Below, in pieces: positions 14,151-28,330 of a stretch of 64,000 nucleotides of DNA. Every line of letters begins with the position of its first letter. The stretch's first letter is position 1. The DNA comes from the human T2T-CHM13v2.0 reference genome, Homo sapiens: the NCBI RefSeq assembly GCF_009914755.1, contig NC_060936.1; one strand, 5' to 3'. A program made the translations under genes and the position numbers. The notes beneath the pieces were generated by a model. That model had not been told where the DNA came from and did not search any database. It saw nothing but the letters and a program-made list of their open reading frames with translations.

Positions 14151-15799
14151 CTGAAGCTTCTTCTTTGCTTGCTGACTAAGGAGCCACAACATCTTCCTTA
14201 CATGCAGCACTCCTGCCATTGGTCTGCTGCGATCTCCAGCTTAAAGCAGACCAAGAGCCTACAGATGCCTGGGAAGAAATCAGAATCAGTGAAGAATACT
14301 TATAAATTGCTATCATCTAAAAACATCTATGTGCTATTGTGATATCCTTCTAATTTGATAGTGTTTTAGAAGACATTTTTTGAATAGCCTTTCAAATTTG
14401 TTTTAGCATAAACAAAATCTCTCAAGCCTTCTTTTTCACTGGTCTACAAAATATTTTATTGTATTAAGCAATTCCAGTAGCAAAAGAGCAGCTAAAACAT
14501 GCTAAAGGTAAATACATCAAGGAGCAGCCATTATTAAAGTTCAATTTCCATGAAATCGTACTTGAATTATAAAAGAAAGGAGAAATAAATCCAAAAATAG
14601 ACTGCAAACTAGAACAAAAAATCTGGAGATGTTTCATTTTTTTAAAAAAGTTTGCACTTGCTATGTTAAACTTCGCCATGCAGGTAGAAAGCTGAATGAC
14701 TGAACTCCAGGTACAGCAAAGAGTCTAAGAAACACAGGATATACCCGAAAATGGGGGCTGTTTCATAAAAAGCAAACATTCTTTGAGAATGAATTTACTG
14801 GAGATGCATAGAGGAGTTCCCCAGAGAGACATAAACAGCTTAAAATAAATTACCAGTTGATCTTGACACAAAACGAAGATGTGTAGATAGTTTTTTAAAG
14901 TGAATAATTGGGGACTTGGCTTATTATCCCGGAAAGACTGCTGATTCAGTGTTAAATGACCCTAAACCAAAAGGAGAAATAAGGAAAATTTCCCAGGGCT
15001 GTGTCTTTTATTACAAAACCCAAACCTATTGAATGGAATGAAAAAACATCTTTTATTTCAGCTCAGACTTTCAGCTAAATGTGTCAAAGTAACACTGGCT
15101 GAATTTAATGCCAATTTTCAAGCCTGAAACTTTCCCATTGTCTCTAGGGCCTTGTTCTTAACAAAAAATATTTGTGCCAAAAATGGACATTCTGAAAAAG
15201 TGAACAACGAAGTCTTAACTCAGGTTCTTGTGTTTTTATCAATTTCAACATTTTTCATTCAATTACAAGTAAGAAAAAAGTGGGTTCTATTATATAGAGA
15301 ATTTTTAATAGATGTAACTAGTTTCCACTAAGACAATATAATATTTTTAAAATGTGAGAATGGATACTAACATCAAGTTCTGTAAAGCAAACAAATAAAA
15401 AAAGACAATAAAATCATGAACCTCTGGTGATTATATTTCTGTAAGGATTTCTTCAAAGTCTGACCACAAAATGAAACATTAAAAAAAATAGTTGTTTGGG
15501 GATCTTCTGAATATTGACATAAAGTCCTATAGAGAGTTGCATAGATGGAGGAAGAAAAAGGAGAATTTCCCAAGAGCAGTAGGAAGACAGAACTGTGAGA
15601 CAAAGTAGTAGTGTTGATGAGGTGCAATAGTGCATCCCTCCAGACAACAGCAACATTGAAGAGGTAATTTTAAAGCTTCTTAAGTCCCATGTAGACCCAC
15701 TGAGCTTATCCTTTAAACGCCTGCACTTTCAACAAAGGAAATCTCTTCTAATTCTTGAACCAATGGACACTTATTTTACAATGCAATTGCAATAAGTTT

Positions 15800-15915
15800 G
15801 GTTATTCGTTCAACAAATATGTATGAATCAATTAATGCCCTGACGCTGTACTAACAAGGTGCCAGGTGAGCAAGATAGACAAGGTCTCTTCTTTCAGGAA
15901 GCCTGTAGTCTAAAA
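15800..15915 (-). mobile_element. L2 3' end
   Basis: attcgttcaacaaatatgtatga...aagatagacaaggtctcttctttcaggaagcctgtagtct. Confidence 0.65.
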
Positions 15916-16369
15916 GTTGTATGGTCTCCCAGGCGAAAGGTGTTCATAGGAAATAAGAGAGAAGGTATGGAGCCTGAGACGGGGAAAAAAGAGTAGGGAG
16001 TAACATCACAGAGTAGATGGGAGGAACACCACAAAATCAAAAGGGAAACTTTAAAGAGCTTATCCTTTTGGGTCATTTAACAAGGGGACATGCTGGCTTA
16101 AACCAATAACTCTGGTAATGGTCGCTGCAGTCCACATTGGTCACAGAGAAATAGTCAGTGCAAATGGGGTGGGTCTCTGGCACACACCTGAAAGTTAGCC
16201 AGTAGTCTCTCTGTATTAAGATTACAAGAAAGAGGACTGCTTTTAGGCAGACTTTCCATTAAAACTTGGTTGTGATGAAGTTTTGGTATTTAAAAGTATA
16301 CATTTTTATTAGTATGGAATTATTCCATTTCAATATTGCTGGAACCCAGGTTTTCTTTTTAAATTTTAA

Positions 16370-16640
16370 TGTATTTTTAATTGGCAAATAATGATACATA
16401 TTTATGGGTACATATGATGAGTGATGTTTTGATATATATAGTGATCAGATCAGGGTAATTAGCATATCCATCATTTATCATTTCTTTGTGTTGGGAATGT
16501 TCAACATCCTCCTTCTACCTATTTGAAACTATATAAAAGATTGTTAACTGTAGTCATCCTATAGTGGAATAGAACACTAGAACTTATTCTTCCTATCTGT
16601 AATTTTGTATCCTTTAACGAATCTCTTCCTATCCCCTTAT
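16370..16640 (-). mobile_element. L1MA 3'UTR fragment
   Basis: catatttatgggtacata...gtgatcagatcagggtaattagcatatccatca...tagaacactagaacttattc. Confidence 0.85.
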
Positions 16641-18269
16641 AATCATCATCTCACAAGCATTTTCTCTTTTTCATAACAAAAAGAGAAAATTTAGAAAGAA
16701 ATTTTAAGAAGAAAACCTGTGTTCCAGCATCCTGTGTCGATGACTATTTTGTGAAAACTCTTTCGATTTCTTATACGACTAGGTCAGCGGCTTTGGGGAA
16801 AAAAAATCCAAATGGACTCACCAGGTTAAGATAATAGGATGGAGGAGACAAAAGGCTGGAAAATCAGAGCCGTCCAGGAGTCCCACGATCTGAAAGCCGT
16901 TGACCCAGAGTTCTGGCTAAGGAGGCAAAAGTGGAACTGTCCACATGGAGGCCCGATGGACACACATTGTTTCCCTAATGTTGGAGATGGCACTAAAGAT
17001 CTAATGGCATTTCGGAGCAACTTTGTAAACGGAAAACAAATTCTAGGAAGGCAGGACTCTTTCCCAGGTCTAGGTTTCTAACTGAAAACAATTGGAAACT
17101 TAAACAGGTGTGGCAGGCAGATTCCGTACACATGTCAAATTCACTAGATTTATTTCTAACTGTAGAATAATCCCTGAATTGTGACTTCAGAACAAACCTA
17201 CAGCCTGAGGTGAGCTAAACGCTAACTCTGTTATCCACAAAAAGTTCTGAAATTGTAAGATTGCTGTAGGGCAGACAGGGGCCCCACCATTACAATATGT
17301 AGAAAATCATTTCAACTTCTGAAACATTTACTGCTACTTGTCTAAAGCAGAAATGTGAGCAGGGCTAAAACCTCTCTCTGAAATACTCTATGCATTCATA
17401 TGAAATGTACAAATTTCAGCCCAATGTGCAGGATTGGTCTATATTTTACCAACCCTGGGATGAGGGTGTATAAAAACCCTCAAGTTTGCCATCCCAGACA
17501 CACAGCTCATTGTGGTCCTCACCGCATTCTGGAGGATGGCTCGTCTCACATTTACCCACCCCTCAGATTGGTGGCAAGCAGCCTTCTTTTTCTGAGATTT
17601 CATTAGCTTCTCTTTACGATACAGCATTCCCCATAAGTCTTTTTTTTTTTCCTTTAGGGAAGTAGATAGCAATCACTGCAAGAATTAGTGAAAGTTTTGA
17701 CTTTCCAGGGGAGGAAAAGGGTGGCTCTTAGGAAAATAAAGTTTCACTCCAATGTGAAACAATGTGTGACTTTAGGAAATTCAAATACTAAAACAGAAGT
17801 TAAAGATGGTGGCAGGTTTATAATACACAAGGGTCAATTAACTATATATAATAGTGATTGTTGTTCTTTGGGTCTTTTCTGTATCTATGCTTTTACTTGC
17901 TCCAGAAAAGAAACTAAACGCCAAAGTGTATGGGAAGAGAGAAAAGAAGAGAAGGAGAGGGGAGAGAAGTGGAAGGAAGAAGTGGGAAATACATACCTCT
18001 TCTATAATGTTTTACTTTTAATCTTGTCAATGAAAAGCCTATAATCTTTACATTAAAATAATTTTGTGTCAAATTTGTAAATCTTACAAAATCAACTATC
18101 TTGCAGTAGTGTATTTTTCACGTTTGCAGGGTATAATTTTTGATGAATTAAGTAACAACAAATACAGCAATAAAATAATAAAAGGAAAGATGCAAAGATA
18201 AATAATCATTTGAGTTGTCAAGGGAAGATGAAGTGTCTTTTCTGGACAAGTCACACAGTTATTTCTTCA

Positions 18270-18467
18270 TTTACTTATTTATGATGTACAACAAGAGTTT
18301 TTCATGTGCATATACATAGTGATATTATTACTACAAGTAAATAATTAAACACGTCTATTACCTTCATAGCTACCTGTTATGTGACCATATCATACTCTCT
18401 ATAGACAATGCAAATATTTGTTATTTAACATAGAGTCATTAATCATTGTGTGCTGTTAGCAAGTTAA
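18270..18467 (-). mobile_element. L1MA 3'UTR fragment
   Basis: tttatgatgtacaac...tatacatagtga...tattaccttcatagctacc. Confidence 0.65.
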
Positions 18468-19047
18468 CGTGTCTGGAATTTATTCCTTCTGGTGGGTTCT
18501 TGGTCTCACTGACTTCAAGAATGAAGCCGCGGACTCTTGCAGTGAGTGTTACAGCTCTTAAAGATGGTGTGTGCAGAGTCTGTTCCTTCAGATGTTCAGA
18601 TGTGTCCAGAGTTTCTTCCTTCTGGTGGGTTCGTGGTCTCGCTGACTTCAGGAGTGAAGCCGCAGACCTTTGGAGTGAATGTTACAGCTCTTAAAGGTAG
18701 TGAGGACCCAAAGAGTGAGCAGCAGCAAGATTTATTGTGAAGAGGGAAAGAACAAATCTTCCAGGGCGTCAAAGGGGACCTGGGTTGCCACTGCTGGTGC
18801 AGGTGGCCAGCTTTTATTCCCTGATTTAGCCCCGCCCACATCCTGCTGATTGGTCCATTTTACAGAGTGCTGAATGGTCCATTTTACAGAGTGCTGATTG
18901 GTCCATTTTACAGAGTGCTGATTGGTGCGTTTACAATCCTTTAGCTAGACACAGAGTGCTGATCGGTGCATTTACAATCCTTTAGCTAGACACAAAAGTT
19001 CTCCAAGTCCCCAGCCGACCCAGAAGCTCAGCTGTCTTCGCCTCTCA
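18468..19047 (-). mobile_element. LTR12 (HERV9) solo LTR, short form
   Basis: ggtgggttcttggtctcactgacttcaagaatgaagccgcgg repeats, tandem gctgattggt CCAAT units, terminus cctctca. Confidence 0.95.
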
Positions 19048-20184
19048 TTACTTTGGGATTAATTATGATTATTTGTCACAGAAACTCACCCAGCAAACTT
19101 GACTTTGGATAGAAAGATACACGGCATTTTTGGTGACTCTTTGCTCTGTAGTTTAGCCTCCAGGGAGCAAAGGCTGGTGAGTGCCTTGTCTGAGGTGGCT
19201 CTGCTTATTCCTTCAGCAGACCAAAGAGTACAGGGAACACATGCCTAGAAAGTGTAGGCAGAAATTAATAAGCACTTGGAATTTATTTTGTTTGTTCTTT
19301 CTCCCATCGCCCCCCACCAACCCCTGGTTCTTTTTCTGTCTCCATGTAAACCACAGCTTTCACTAAAATCCTGGTTTTGTAGTTTGAAGAGAGAGAAAGA
19401 GCATGGAAACGTTTATTGTCACAGAGATCCACAACATTGACTTTTTCTGATTAGACAGCAGTAAAATGTAGAGATGTTGACATGACGAAAAGAGAATCTG
19501 ATAATACCTGCGAACCGGATTAACTGTTATTTAGACATTTACATGGTGCACACTATTTTAACGTCACTCACATAATAAAATTATTCAGACGAAAATGTGA
19601 AGAATTAGTGACTCAGGATTTTTTCACTTCCTCCAAAAATGCCCCTAAAAGGAGGGAAAAGTGCATAAATTTTATTTTTCTTTTGGATCCAAATGTGTAA
19701 GAACAGAGGGATTAGAAGAAGATATGGAGAGAGATACATTTTGGAAGCTAAATCATATGTCAAAATTGAGGCAATCCAAGAAGAAATTTAATTTAGCCCA
19801 TTCCACCTGCAAAGGCTCAGAAAAAAATGGCACCAGGTACCTCTGGGATTGAGGAAGCAGGGCTGACTCCCATAGGGGAGGTTTAGAAGGCATAACCCCT
19901 TCCTAGATGAGACGGTCACTTATTCTCTGCCTAATAACCTAGTTTAACAGGGACCCTTTCAGCCTCACATCCCCTAACTCCTGGGCCTGCCCTCCCCTCT
20001 GCCCTCCAACAAACTTTGGTCCCAAGAATGCATTTGGGTTTATTCCCAGCCAGGCCTTATCCTAAAGAATACACTCACAGAGAATGCCAGGTTTTATGTT
20101 CATTTTAAGTGACAAACGTAAGAGTCAAGTTATTATCTCTAACATTCCCAGTCCCCGATCATCAAACACCACTCCCATGAAGCC

Positions 20185-20759
20185 TGTCAGAGACTACGGC
20201 CAGGACCTCGTAACATGCCATTCAAATGAACAAGGACGGCCACCGCATGTTGATCCCCATGTTGCTCACAGGAGGCTAGGACCGTGAGCCCGAAGCCCCG
20301 CAGCACCAGACTCAAATCCTCCCATATCCAATTGCTTTAAGTATAGTCCAAGTGGGCATCCGTTTAGCCGTTTAGAGACGTCCTGCCCTGCATATCCCAC
20401 AAAAGTGCACTCAGTAACTGCCAACAGTAGATCAAAGAAACTCTGGCACTGTAAAAGACCCTAAGTCACTGCCCTCCTTCAGCCTCTCCGACACAGAGGC
20501 TCCCCGTCCTGTGGCTGAGCAACATCTTTCAGACTCATCAGCCCCCTCACTAGTCCCCTCTCCCCAAGGAGTTTCCTTGTCTTCTTCTCCTCCTGGGTGG
20601 TGGCATCCCAGGCAACTGTTCCTGTAAGATGTCGTGATGGAAGGCCTTGTCCCACATGCAATCTGTCACAGCACCATTCACGCAAAGCCCATTATGAGAT
20701 ACTGTGTCTTGTGGCCTTGTCTTTTCCATGTCAGTCCTTACATCTTCAAACACACTACA
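20185..20759 (+). mobile_element. Probable ERVL LTR (MER54/73/74-like)
   Basis: tgt...aca ends, TATA-like ctgtaaaagacc, 3' end gtggccttgtcttttccatgtcagtcc; family from memory. Confidence 0.45.
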
Positions 20760-22564
20760 CCTGTTTTCTTTCTCTACTAAGGACACCCCTCCAGACTCAG
20801 CTTGCTAAGCGAGGTGAGATGGTAAGCCAATGCTTACTTCATTGCTGCAGCAGTGAGATGGCTGCATATCCCCTGGGCCAAGGAGATCTTCAAAGCCAAA
20901 TGTTTATTTACAGGACACTTCCGTCGACTCTCAGGGCTTTCTTTCTAGACCTCTCACTCACATTCTTTTGAATCGGGCAAGGCCTTCCGTCTGCTGACTT
21001 TATCTAAACCCCCTTAGCTCTGTTTCCAGAAAAGTAGTGAGCCCCTCTTGCCCAGGCATTCTACCCCTTCGGCAGGATTTCATTCAAAAATGTCCCCAGG
21101 CCAGTATTCCTACCCCTAAGGTGGAATCTATGATGGGTCCCAGGAGTAGCACAACTTTAGCTTACAACAGAGGGGCACGTTCTCTCCCCTTCTCTCCCAG
21201 GTACAGCCCCCTGCTCAGCCACCACAGGCTGCGTTAGCTTTCTCAGTGTGAGTCGGGACCTGTCCTCCGTGCCTGCCTCATTGCAAGAGACACGTGTACA
21301 GCTCCTGGCACAGGTACAATTCCTGGCACAGCTCCTCTCACCAACTGGGGCTTTGGGGCTGGATACCCTACACTTTCGGCTTGGGGTGGGGTGAAACTTG
21401 GAGGCCAGCTCTATCTAAATGAATGCTCCTTCCCAGTCCTCCATTGCCCCATCAAGACTTACTACTTACCTTCAACAAGACTGAGTCATCTCTCTGGTTA
21501 CCAGAAATTGCCTTTGAAATGTGCATGTGGCCTGTCTCTCAGGCCAGTTGAGGAATCCGTCATCTATCACTTCTTGGTACCTTAGTCTAAGCTCCGAAAG
21601 TGTCATTCATTTGCTCCTATTTAATGGAAAAATTCTGTTGACGAATCTGCCTCTCCCAGAAGATTGGGAAACTTTGAAGCCAGAAGCAATGCTGCGTTAA
21701 TGGCTGTGTTGCTAGGTTCCAACACAAGGACTATTGCAAGGTAAGCTCTCAGTATTTGCTTGTTTATTTGATGCATAAGGGCTTTCCAATTGAGGAAATA
21801 ATTAAGGCATGATGACAAAAGGCCTGAAATAGAAGTGTTGGAAAGTTTACCATATACAGTTGTACAGGTCGTGCACTACTCAAATAAGAAAGTCCCATTT
21901 ACATACACGATGATATGAAGATGCTTCGCTTCTTAGTGTTGACCAGGGCACAGCAGGAACAGCTCTCCATGGCAGCCCTGCCTGGGTCAGGTGATGCCGT
22001 TAAAGTTATCTTCCTCTCGTAATTTCTTTCCCTTCTTGGTTAATGCAAGTGAAGCTTTACCACTACACAGATGCCTCAAATATGAGAATGCAAATCACAA
22101 AATTGAATCCTAAAATTTGTTGATGGTTTTGTAGCCTGGACTCTAGACAACAAAATCAATTTCAAAACTATCACAAGTAATAAGATATTAGTATTTCATA
22201 TGAAGATATAAAATTAAGAGCACAAACCTAAATTAATAATGCTGGATCTCAAAAGAATTGATGAAAAAGCCATGTACAAGCATTCCATGATAGAGAAAAT
22301 TATTCTCGGTAGAGCACTCGGACACGGCAAAACACTTAAGAATCTTTATGCTAAAAATCATGAGGTATAAAGATAGGCAAAGTAGTGGAAACCTCCCCTG
22401 CCTTATGGCTAGAAATTGCAGAGAAATCATTAAAAGGGATATTTCTACAAACAGTTTGGTCTGATGTTTTCTGCAATGGATTTAAATTCTAAGTCGAATT
22501 GTTTGCTTCAAAGGAGGTGTCTATACGAAGGTGGGCTTTTTGGGGGGTTCTTTTTGTTTGCTTT

Positions 22565-23283
22565 TTTCTTTTTTTTTCACTTGTATAAATTTATGGGCTC
22601 CAAGTGTAATTTTGTTCCATGGATACATTGTGTAGTGGTGAAATATGGGCTTTTAGTGTATCCATCACCCAAATAAGGTCCTGTGTTCCATTAAGTAAGT
22701 TTTTATCCAATCCTTCCCACTCCTCATCCTTCTGGCTCTCTATTGTCTATCATTCCACACTCTATATCTACATGAAAACATTATTTAGCTCCTAATTATA
22801 AGAGCATACAGTATTTGTCTCATTGTTTATGAGTTTTTTCACTTAAAGTAATGGCCTCCAGTTCCATCTGTATTGCTGCAGAAGACATGACTCCTTTTTG
22901 TGGCTGAATAGTATTCCATTGTGTATATACATCATATTTTCTTCATCCAGTCCTCCATTGATAGCCACTTAGGTTGATTTCATATCTGTTGTTATGAATA
23001 GGTGTCTTTTTGATATAATGATATCTTTTCCTTTGGGTGGACGCCCAGTACTGGGATTACAGGATCAAATGGTAGTTTTATTTTTAGTTCTTCAAAAAAT
23101 CTCTACACTGTTTTCTATAGTAGTTGTACTAATTTACATTCCCACCAGCAGTGTATGAGCATTCCCTTTTCTCTGTATCCTTGTCAACATCAGCTATTTT
23201 TTATCTTTTAATAGTAGTTATTCTGACTGGTGTAAGATGATACCTCATTGTGGTTTTAATTTCATTTTTTGGATGGTTAGTGA
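22565..23283 (-). mobile_element. L1MA 3' end
   Basis: tgtagtggtgaaatatgggcttttagtgtatccatcacccaaata...tggctgaatagtattccattgtgtatat...aatttacattcccaccagcagtgt. Confidence 0.92.
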
Positions 23284-23538
23284 GACCCTGGCCAGGGCTT
23301 GGGGATCCAGAATTTTGTTTTTGTGTGTTTTTCGTTTAAGTGTATCCATCAGTCTGTGATGGTGTTGCTGAAAGCATATTGGGATGCTGCTCTGGGCTGG
23401 GCACAGCTGGTGTGATCAAGAAGCAGCATGGACATAAGTGCACTTAAAAACCTCCAAAAGTTCCTCAGAAACAATGAGGGGCAAGCACTGAGCACAGCAG
23501 AAGCAACACATGCACACACACACATAAACTTACATAAA

Positions 23539-23680
23539 CATGCAGACCCAGACATGCAAACTTCAACATACATGAACATGCAGACACAGACATGCAAACT
23601 TCAACATGCATGCACATGCAGACATAGACATGCAAACTTCAACATACATGACCATGCAGACACAGACATGCAAACTTCAG
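23539..23680. repeat. 38-bp minisatellite, ~3.7 copies
   Basis: Unit catgcagacNNagacatgcaaacttcaacatRcatgNN starting at 23539, 23577, 23615, 23653. Confidence 0.95.
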
Positions 23681-25253
23681 TGAGACCGTAATGTCTCTTA
23701 CCAGAGAAATGCCAACTCATCAGTTGCACTCATGAGCCATTAGACCTAAAGTAAAATCATTGCTATTTTGAAGAATAGAAGTAGACTGTTGAAGTTCCCA
23801 CAAATGACTGGGGAATAAAAGGAAGAATGAAAAAAACATAACTCCAAAGAAGGAAGAAGAAAGGAAAATAAGAGAAGAAAAATAAGCAATGCGACAAAAC
23901 TAACACAAACCCCAGAAATTTCTATTATCTGAAACAGAAACTTCTATCATGCTCCCCTAAGGTAGGAAACTTTCCTTTCAGCAAAAAAACCTGAACAGGA
24001 AATTTGGAGAGAACCTGAGAGTGCTGATGTTAGCAGAGGGATAAACAACCAAACACACTGCTTAGCTGTGCTTCTTGAGTAAATGAAGTGAATGGTTTTC
24101 ACATGCTCCTGAGAAAAGCTGGTAGATGAGAAGGCTGAGCAGAGCAGGGCAGTGGAGGAGCAGGCTGCAGCCAACACACATGGCCCCTTTCTGTGCATCT
24201 GGGAGACACCTTATTGTCCTAAAGGACAGCATCAGGCCAAGACACCCAGCTCGGACTGCACAGGGCAGCCAAGATGCCAGATCCACTGTCCCAATCCACC
24301 CACATTTGTGCAGTGTACAGCTGCTGCTAGAGGCCTGCAGCTTGGTGTAGAGAGTGGAATATTAACAGACAGTGGAGGTCAGGGGCCTGAGGAAGCCTCC
24401 TTATAACTGAACAGCAGAAAAACTACTTAAATAGCTTCAAGGACAGGCCTGCCTCATGCAACTGTTGAGCTGGCTCGGGTTGCAATCCTCTTTTCTCTTC
24501 CAAACACCTCCCATCTCCAGTGGGATCTGCTGTACTCACATATTCTTTCTGTGATCATTCATTTGGGAAAATTAAGGGAAAGGCTGAGCTTCATGCTTTG
24601 ATTTATGCGGTCCAAACCAGAGACAGGAAACTTCAGAGCAAGACCCCAGGAGCAGCAGCAACCACTAGAACATAAGCCTTGGGAATTTGCAGACAATTTA
24701 GGATGGTTTAAGATTTCTACCAAGATAATGTTTCAAATCAGCTTTTTCCAGATTCCAGGTTGCAGGAGAACTGGCCTGACACCTGGTTTCATGTGTGAGA
24801 AGCAGGCACAAAAATGCTAGAATGAATGAGCTGACCACACCAAAACGTGAGACAAGAAAGATAATATTTTCTTCAATATAAATTTACACACCTGGAGATA
24901 CTGAGAATGATAAAATATAAAATTATATTTAGACTTGTGTTTAATTTAAAACCTTTATAAAATAATAAAATTCCACAAAAAGGGGGCACTTCTGAAAAAT
25001 ACAAATGTACCTAGACTCAGGTATGATTTCATAAAGTGGGGACACGTGGATTACTTTAATTCCTCCCTTGCATTTATGTGGCTGTGAAATTTTATAATCT
25101 GGGATTATGTAAAATAATATAGATAGGAAAATAAGAAAGATTATTGGTTTTCAATAAAAGGCTAATTGGGACTGTTAAACTGAGATTAGTTTGGGAACAT
25201 TGAAAAAACATGATAAGCTTTAAATATTAATAAGGTCTAATTTTCCTCCATTG

Positions 25254-25307
25254 TGTGTGTGTGTGTCTGTGTGTGTGTGGGCACACACACACAGACACAC
25301 ACACACA
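25254..25307. repeat. Perfect (TG)n/(CA)n inverted repeat, 26-bp arms, 2-nt spacer
   Basis: Interruption C25267 is mirrored by G25294. Confidence 0.95.
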
Positions 25308-26006
25308 TACAGAGAGAGAGAGAAGCATTTGAAAAACATGAACATTAAGATTTGAACAGAGCCTTAACACCTAAAGGTATGAATATATAGTCAGACAAAA
25401 AGCAATTAATGGGCAGCTCAGCTGGCTAACATGAGAGTAATGAATCATGATAAGCTATTGGACTGACATGTTCATGATTAATCTGAACTTAAAGGCCACT
25501 GTGCCCTGACTCAGGAACACACACATACAACACACATATGCATACATAGACACACATATGCATTATTCAAAGACAGACATGCATACACATGGACATTCAA
25601 GGAAAGCTGTATCTCCCAGACAATCACCATAAGCAAATCCATCACACATGACCAGGGGACCTGTTTAAATGATGCCTCAGTCATGTCATATCTTTACTCC
25701 CTGTGCAACAAAAAATAAAATACAAGCCCCACAGCCTGGAAACCAGAAGGACCCTTCATAATATGTTCCCAACAAGCCTTCCCAGCCATATCTCTTATCT
25801 CTTGATTCTCCCAGACCAGTATCAAATGCTCCATCCAAACCACACTCCTCAACATTCAACAAACAAGCTGGGTTCTTTCCTCAACTCCAGGCTTTTCCCA
25901 ACCTACCACCTCTTCCTACAATCGAGCATCACTAGTGCTTAATAAATATTTGTTGAAATTATTTGAATTAATAAAAATAAATTCTCCTTTGGCTGTGCTT
26001 TTGTAA

Positions 26007-26411
<405 letters not shown>

Positions 26412-26479
26412 ACGTTCTTTTTTCTCTCTTCCCTGAATTGCTGTGGCGGAAGCTATCCCTATAGCTTCCTCATAAGCAC

Positions 26480-26980
26480 AGCCCTCCTTCCTGTAGTGAG
26501 GCTCTAAATGCCAGATACTCATTCTTCCAGCCACTTCTATAGTTAAAAATGGGCATATGACACAGTCGTAGCCAAGGAAATCTAAGCAGACACCTGCAAG
26601 TATGATTCTGAAACATTTTTCCCCCAGATAAAAAGAGGCACCCTAAAAGAACATTCCTCCTTATCCTCCTCCTTCCTGTTTTGGACCTGGTTGGGTGAGA
26701 AAGCATTGCCTGGAGCTGCAGCAGCCTTCTTGAGACCATGAGAAGACTAATCTAATCTTTAGATTAGTCTAAATTAGATTAGTCTAATTTAATCTTTAGA
26801 TTAGACTGACAGAAGCAAAGTTGGATGAAAAGATGCAAAGACCATGTATTTATTCAGTGGCATCATTGACTCACTGAACAACTCCTGGAGATTCCCTACC
26901 TCTACATTTCTTTTGTAATACTAAATGTCTTGGTTGTAAAAGAATCACTGAGCTGTTGTTCCATGCAACTCATTGCAAAC
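26480..26980 (+). mobile_element. Old MaLR/ERVL-type LTR remnant
   Basis: attcttccagcc...gggcatatgacacag...gcctggagctgcagcagccttcttgagaccatgag. Confidence 0.55.
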
Positions 26981-27959
26981 TCACCTGGAGAAAGGTCCTT
27001 CTCACAGTCTTCATCCCACATATACTTGTTCACTCTGAGTCACATCTCAACCCTGGAGATGTGTCCATGGAGATGCATCTCAACCTGGCCTCCTCTAGGA
27101 GGCCTCTGTGACACTCTCTGCCAAAGTTACTTTTGGGTACAAAATTCTCTGTACCCAATCCTAAAGGAAATTCATGCCTTCATTATAACATCTATAATGT
27201 TGCTAGTACAATTCATTTGATATAGTGATGTTTTGAATACCTAATATCCATTCCTCCTCCTTTAAATCATGGCTTCCCGAGTATGTTTAGGGAAAGAGCC
27301 CTCGCTCCAGTTGGTGTTTCAGATGAGATGCCACTGAGGATTTAGGGCAAACTGTGTGACTCAAGAATAGCAAATGAGAGCACAGAATCTCCTTGGGGGT
27401 TCTCAGCAGCCCCCATCATTACTTCATGGATAAACACATGACTATAGAAATCCCATAGAGGGTGGCATTGGTGGCTTGGGACTAATGAGCCCTCTGACAT
27501 ACAAACCTGAAAGTATTTCCAGTTTCTTGCAGTGAACACAGCATATCTATCTCAGGAGAGAGCAAGTTGGAAGGTATTTGTTGAGCAGCTATTTGACTTT
27601 TCCATTCCATTTAGAATCAGGAATAACAACTTTCTGACTGTGCCAGATGAGGTCCTGCTAGTTCTTACAAAGTCCTGAATGGGGGAGGCTTGCCAAGTGT
27701 CTCATTTCACCAACCACTTACCATAAAACTCAAATGTTATCAGTTACACATTGGGGAAAGCTGACCTTGGCTGTCCACTTGTCAGAATCCAACTCTGAAG
27801 TTCAGTTTCAGTTTTTTACTACCTTCCCGTACCCTCTTGCTAAATGGCTCATGGGTTATATATAATTATGAATTAATATCACATCATCGCAGATGATCTG
27901 CAAGTAATGATAATACTCAGACTACGGACAGACACTATCAACTAAAGACCCAAGAAAGA

Positions 27960-28330
27960 CTGAGCCTGACAGTGCTGATCCATGATGCAATGAAAGTGAA
28001 CCCAGAATTTGATGGATGCTTCTGAAAAGAAGCTTTTTGTTTGACCGGATGTAGACCTAGAAAGAGATCAGCCTGGATTTGCAGAAGCTCATGTTGCCTC
28101 TGTAAAAGAAACCCCTGAATGATGATGGAACTGACAGAGCAGAGGGAAACCTGGGACACAGAGCAAGAGCAACACCGTCTGATGAGCCCCTGGATACAGC
28201 TATGCCTGCAGATCAAACTTCAACAGATGCGTCAGTGCATGAGCTAAAAGCGTTTCATTTTGTTTAAGCTAGATGCAATTGCTTTTTTATGTGTTTTGGT
28301 CTTTGTCACTTGCTAAAGAAAGACAGTTAC
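27960..28330 (+). mobile_element. Old ERVL/MaLR-type LTR remnant (LTR33-like)
   Basis: cccctggatacagctatgcctg...ttttgtttaagctag...tgtcacttgc. Confidence 0.45.

Noticed and set aside
23539-23680. CRISPR-like array
   Set aside because: Head-to-tail repeat without unique spacers, in primate DNA
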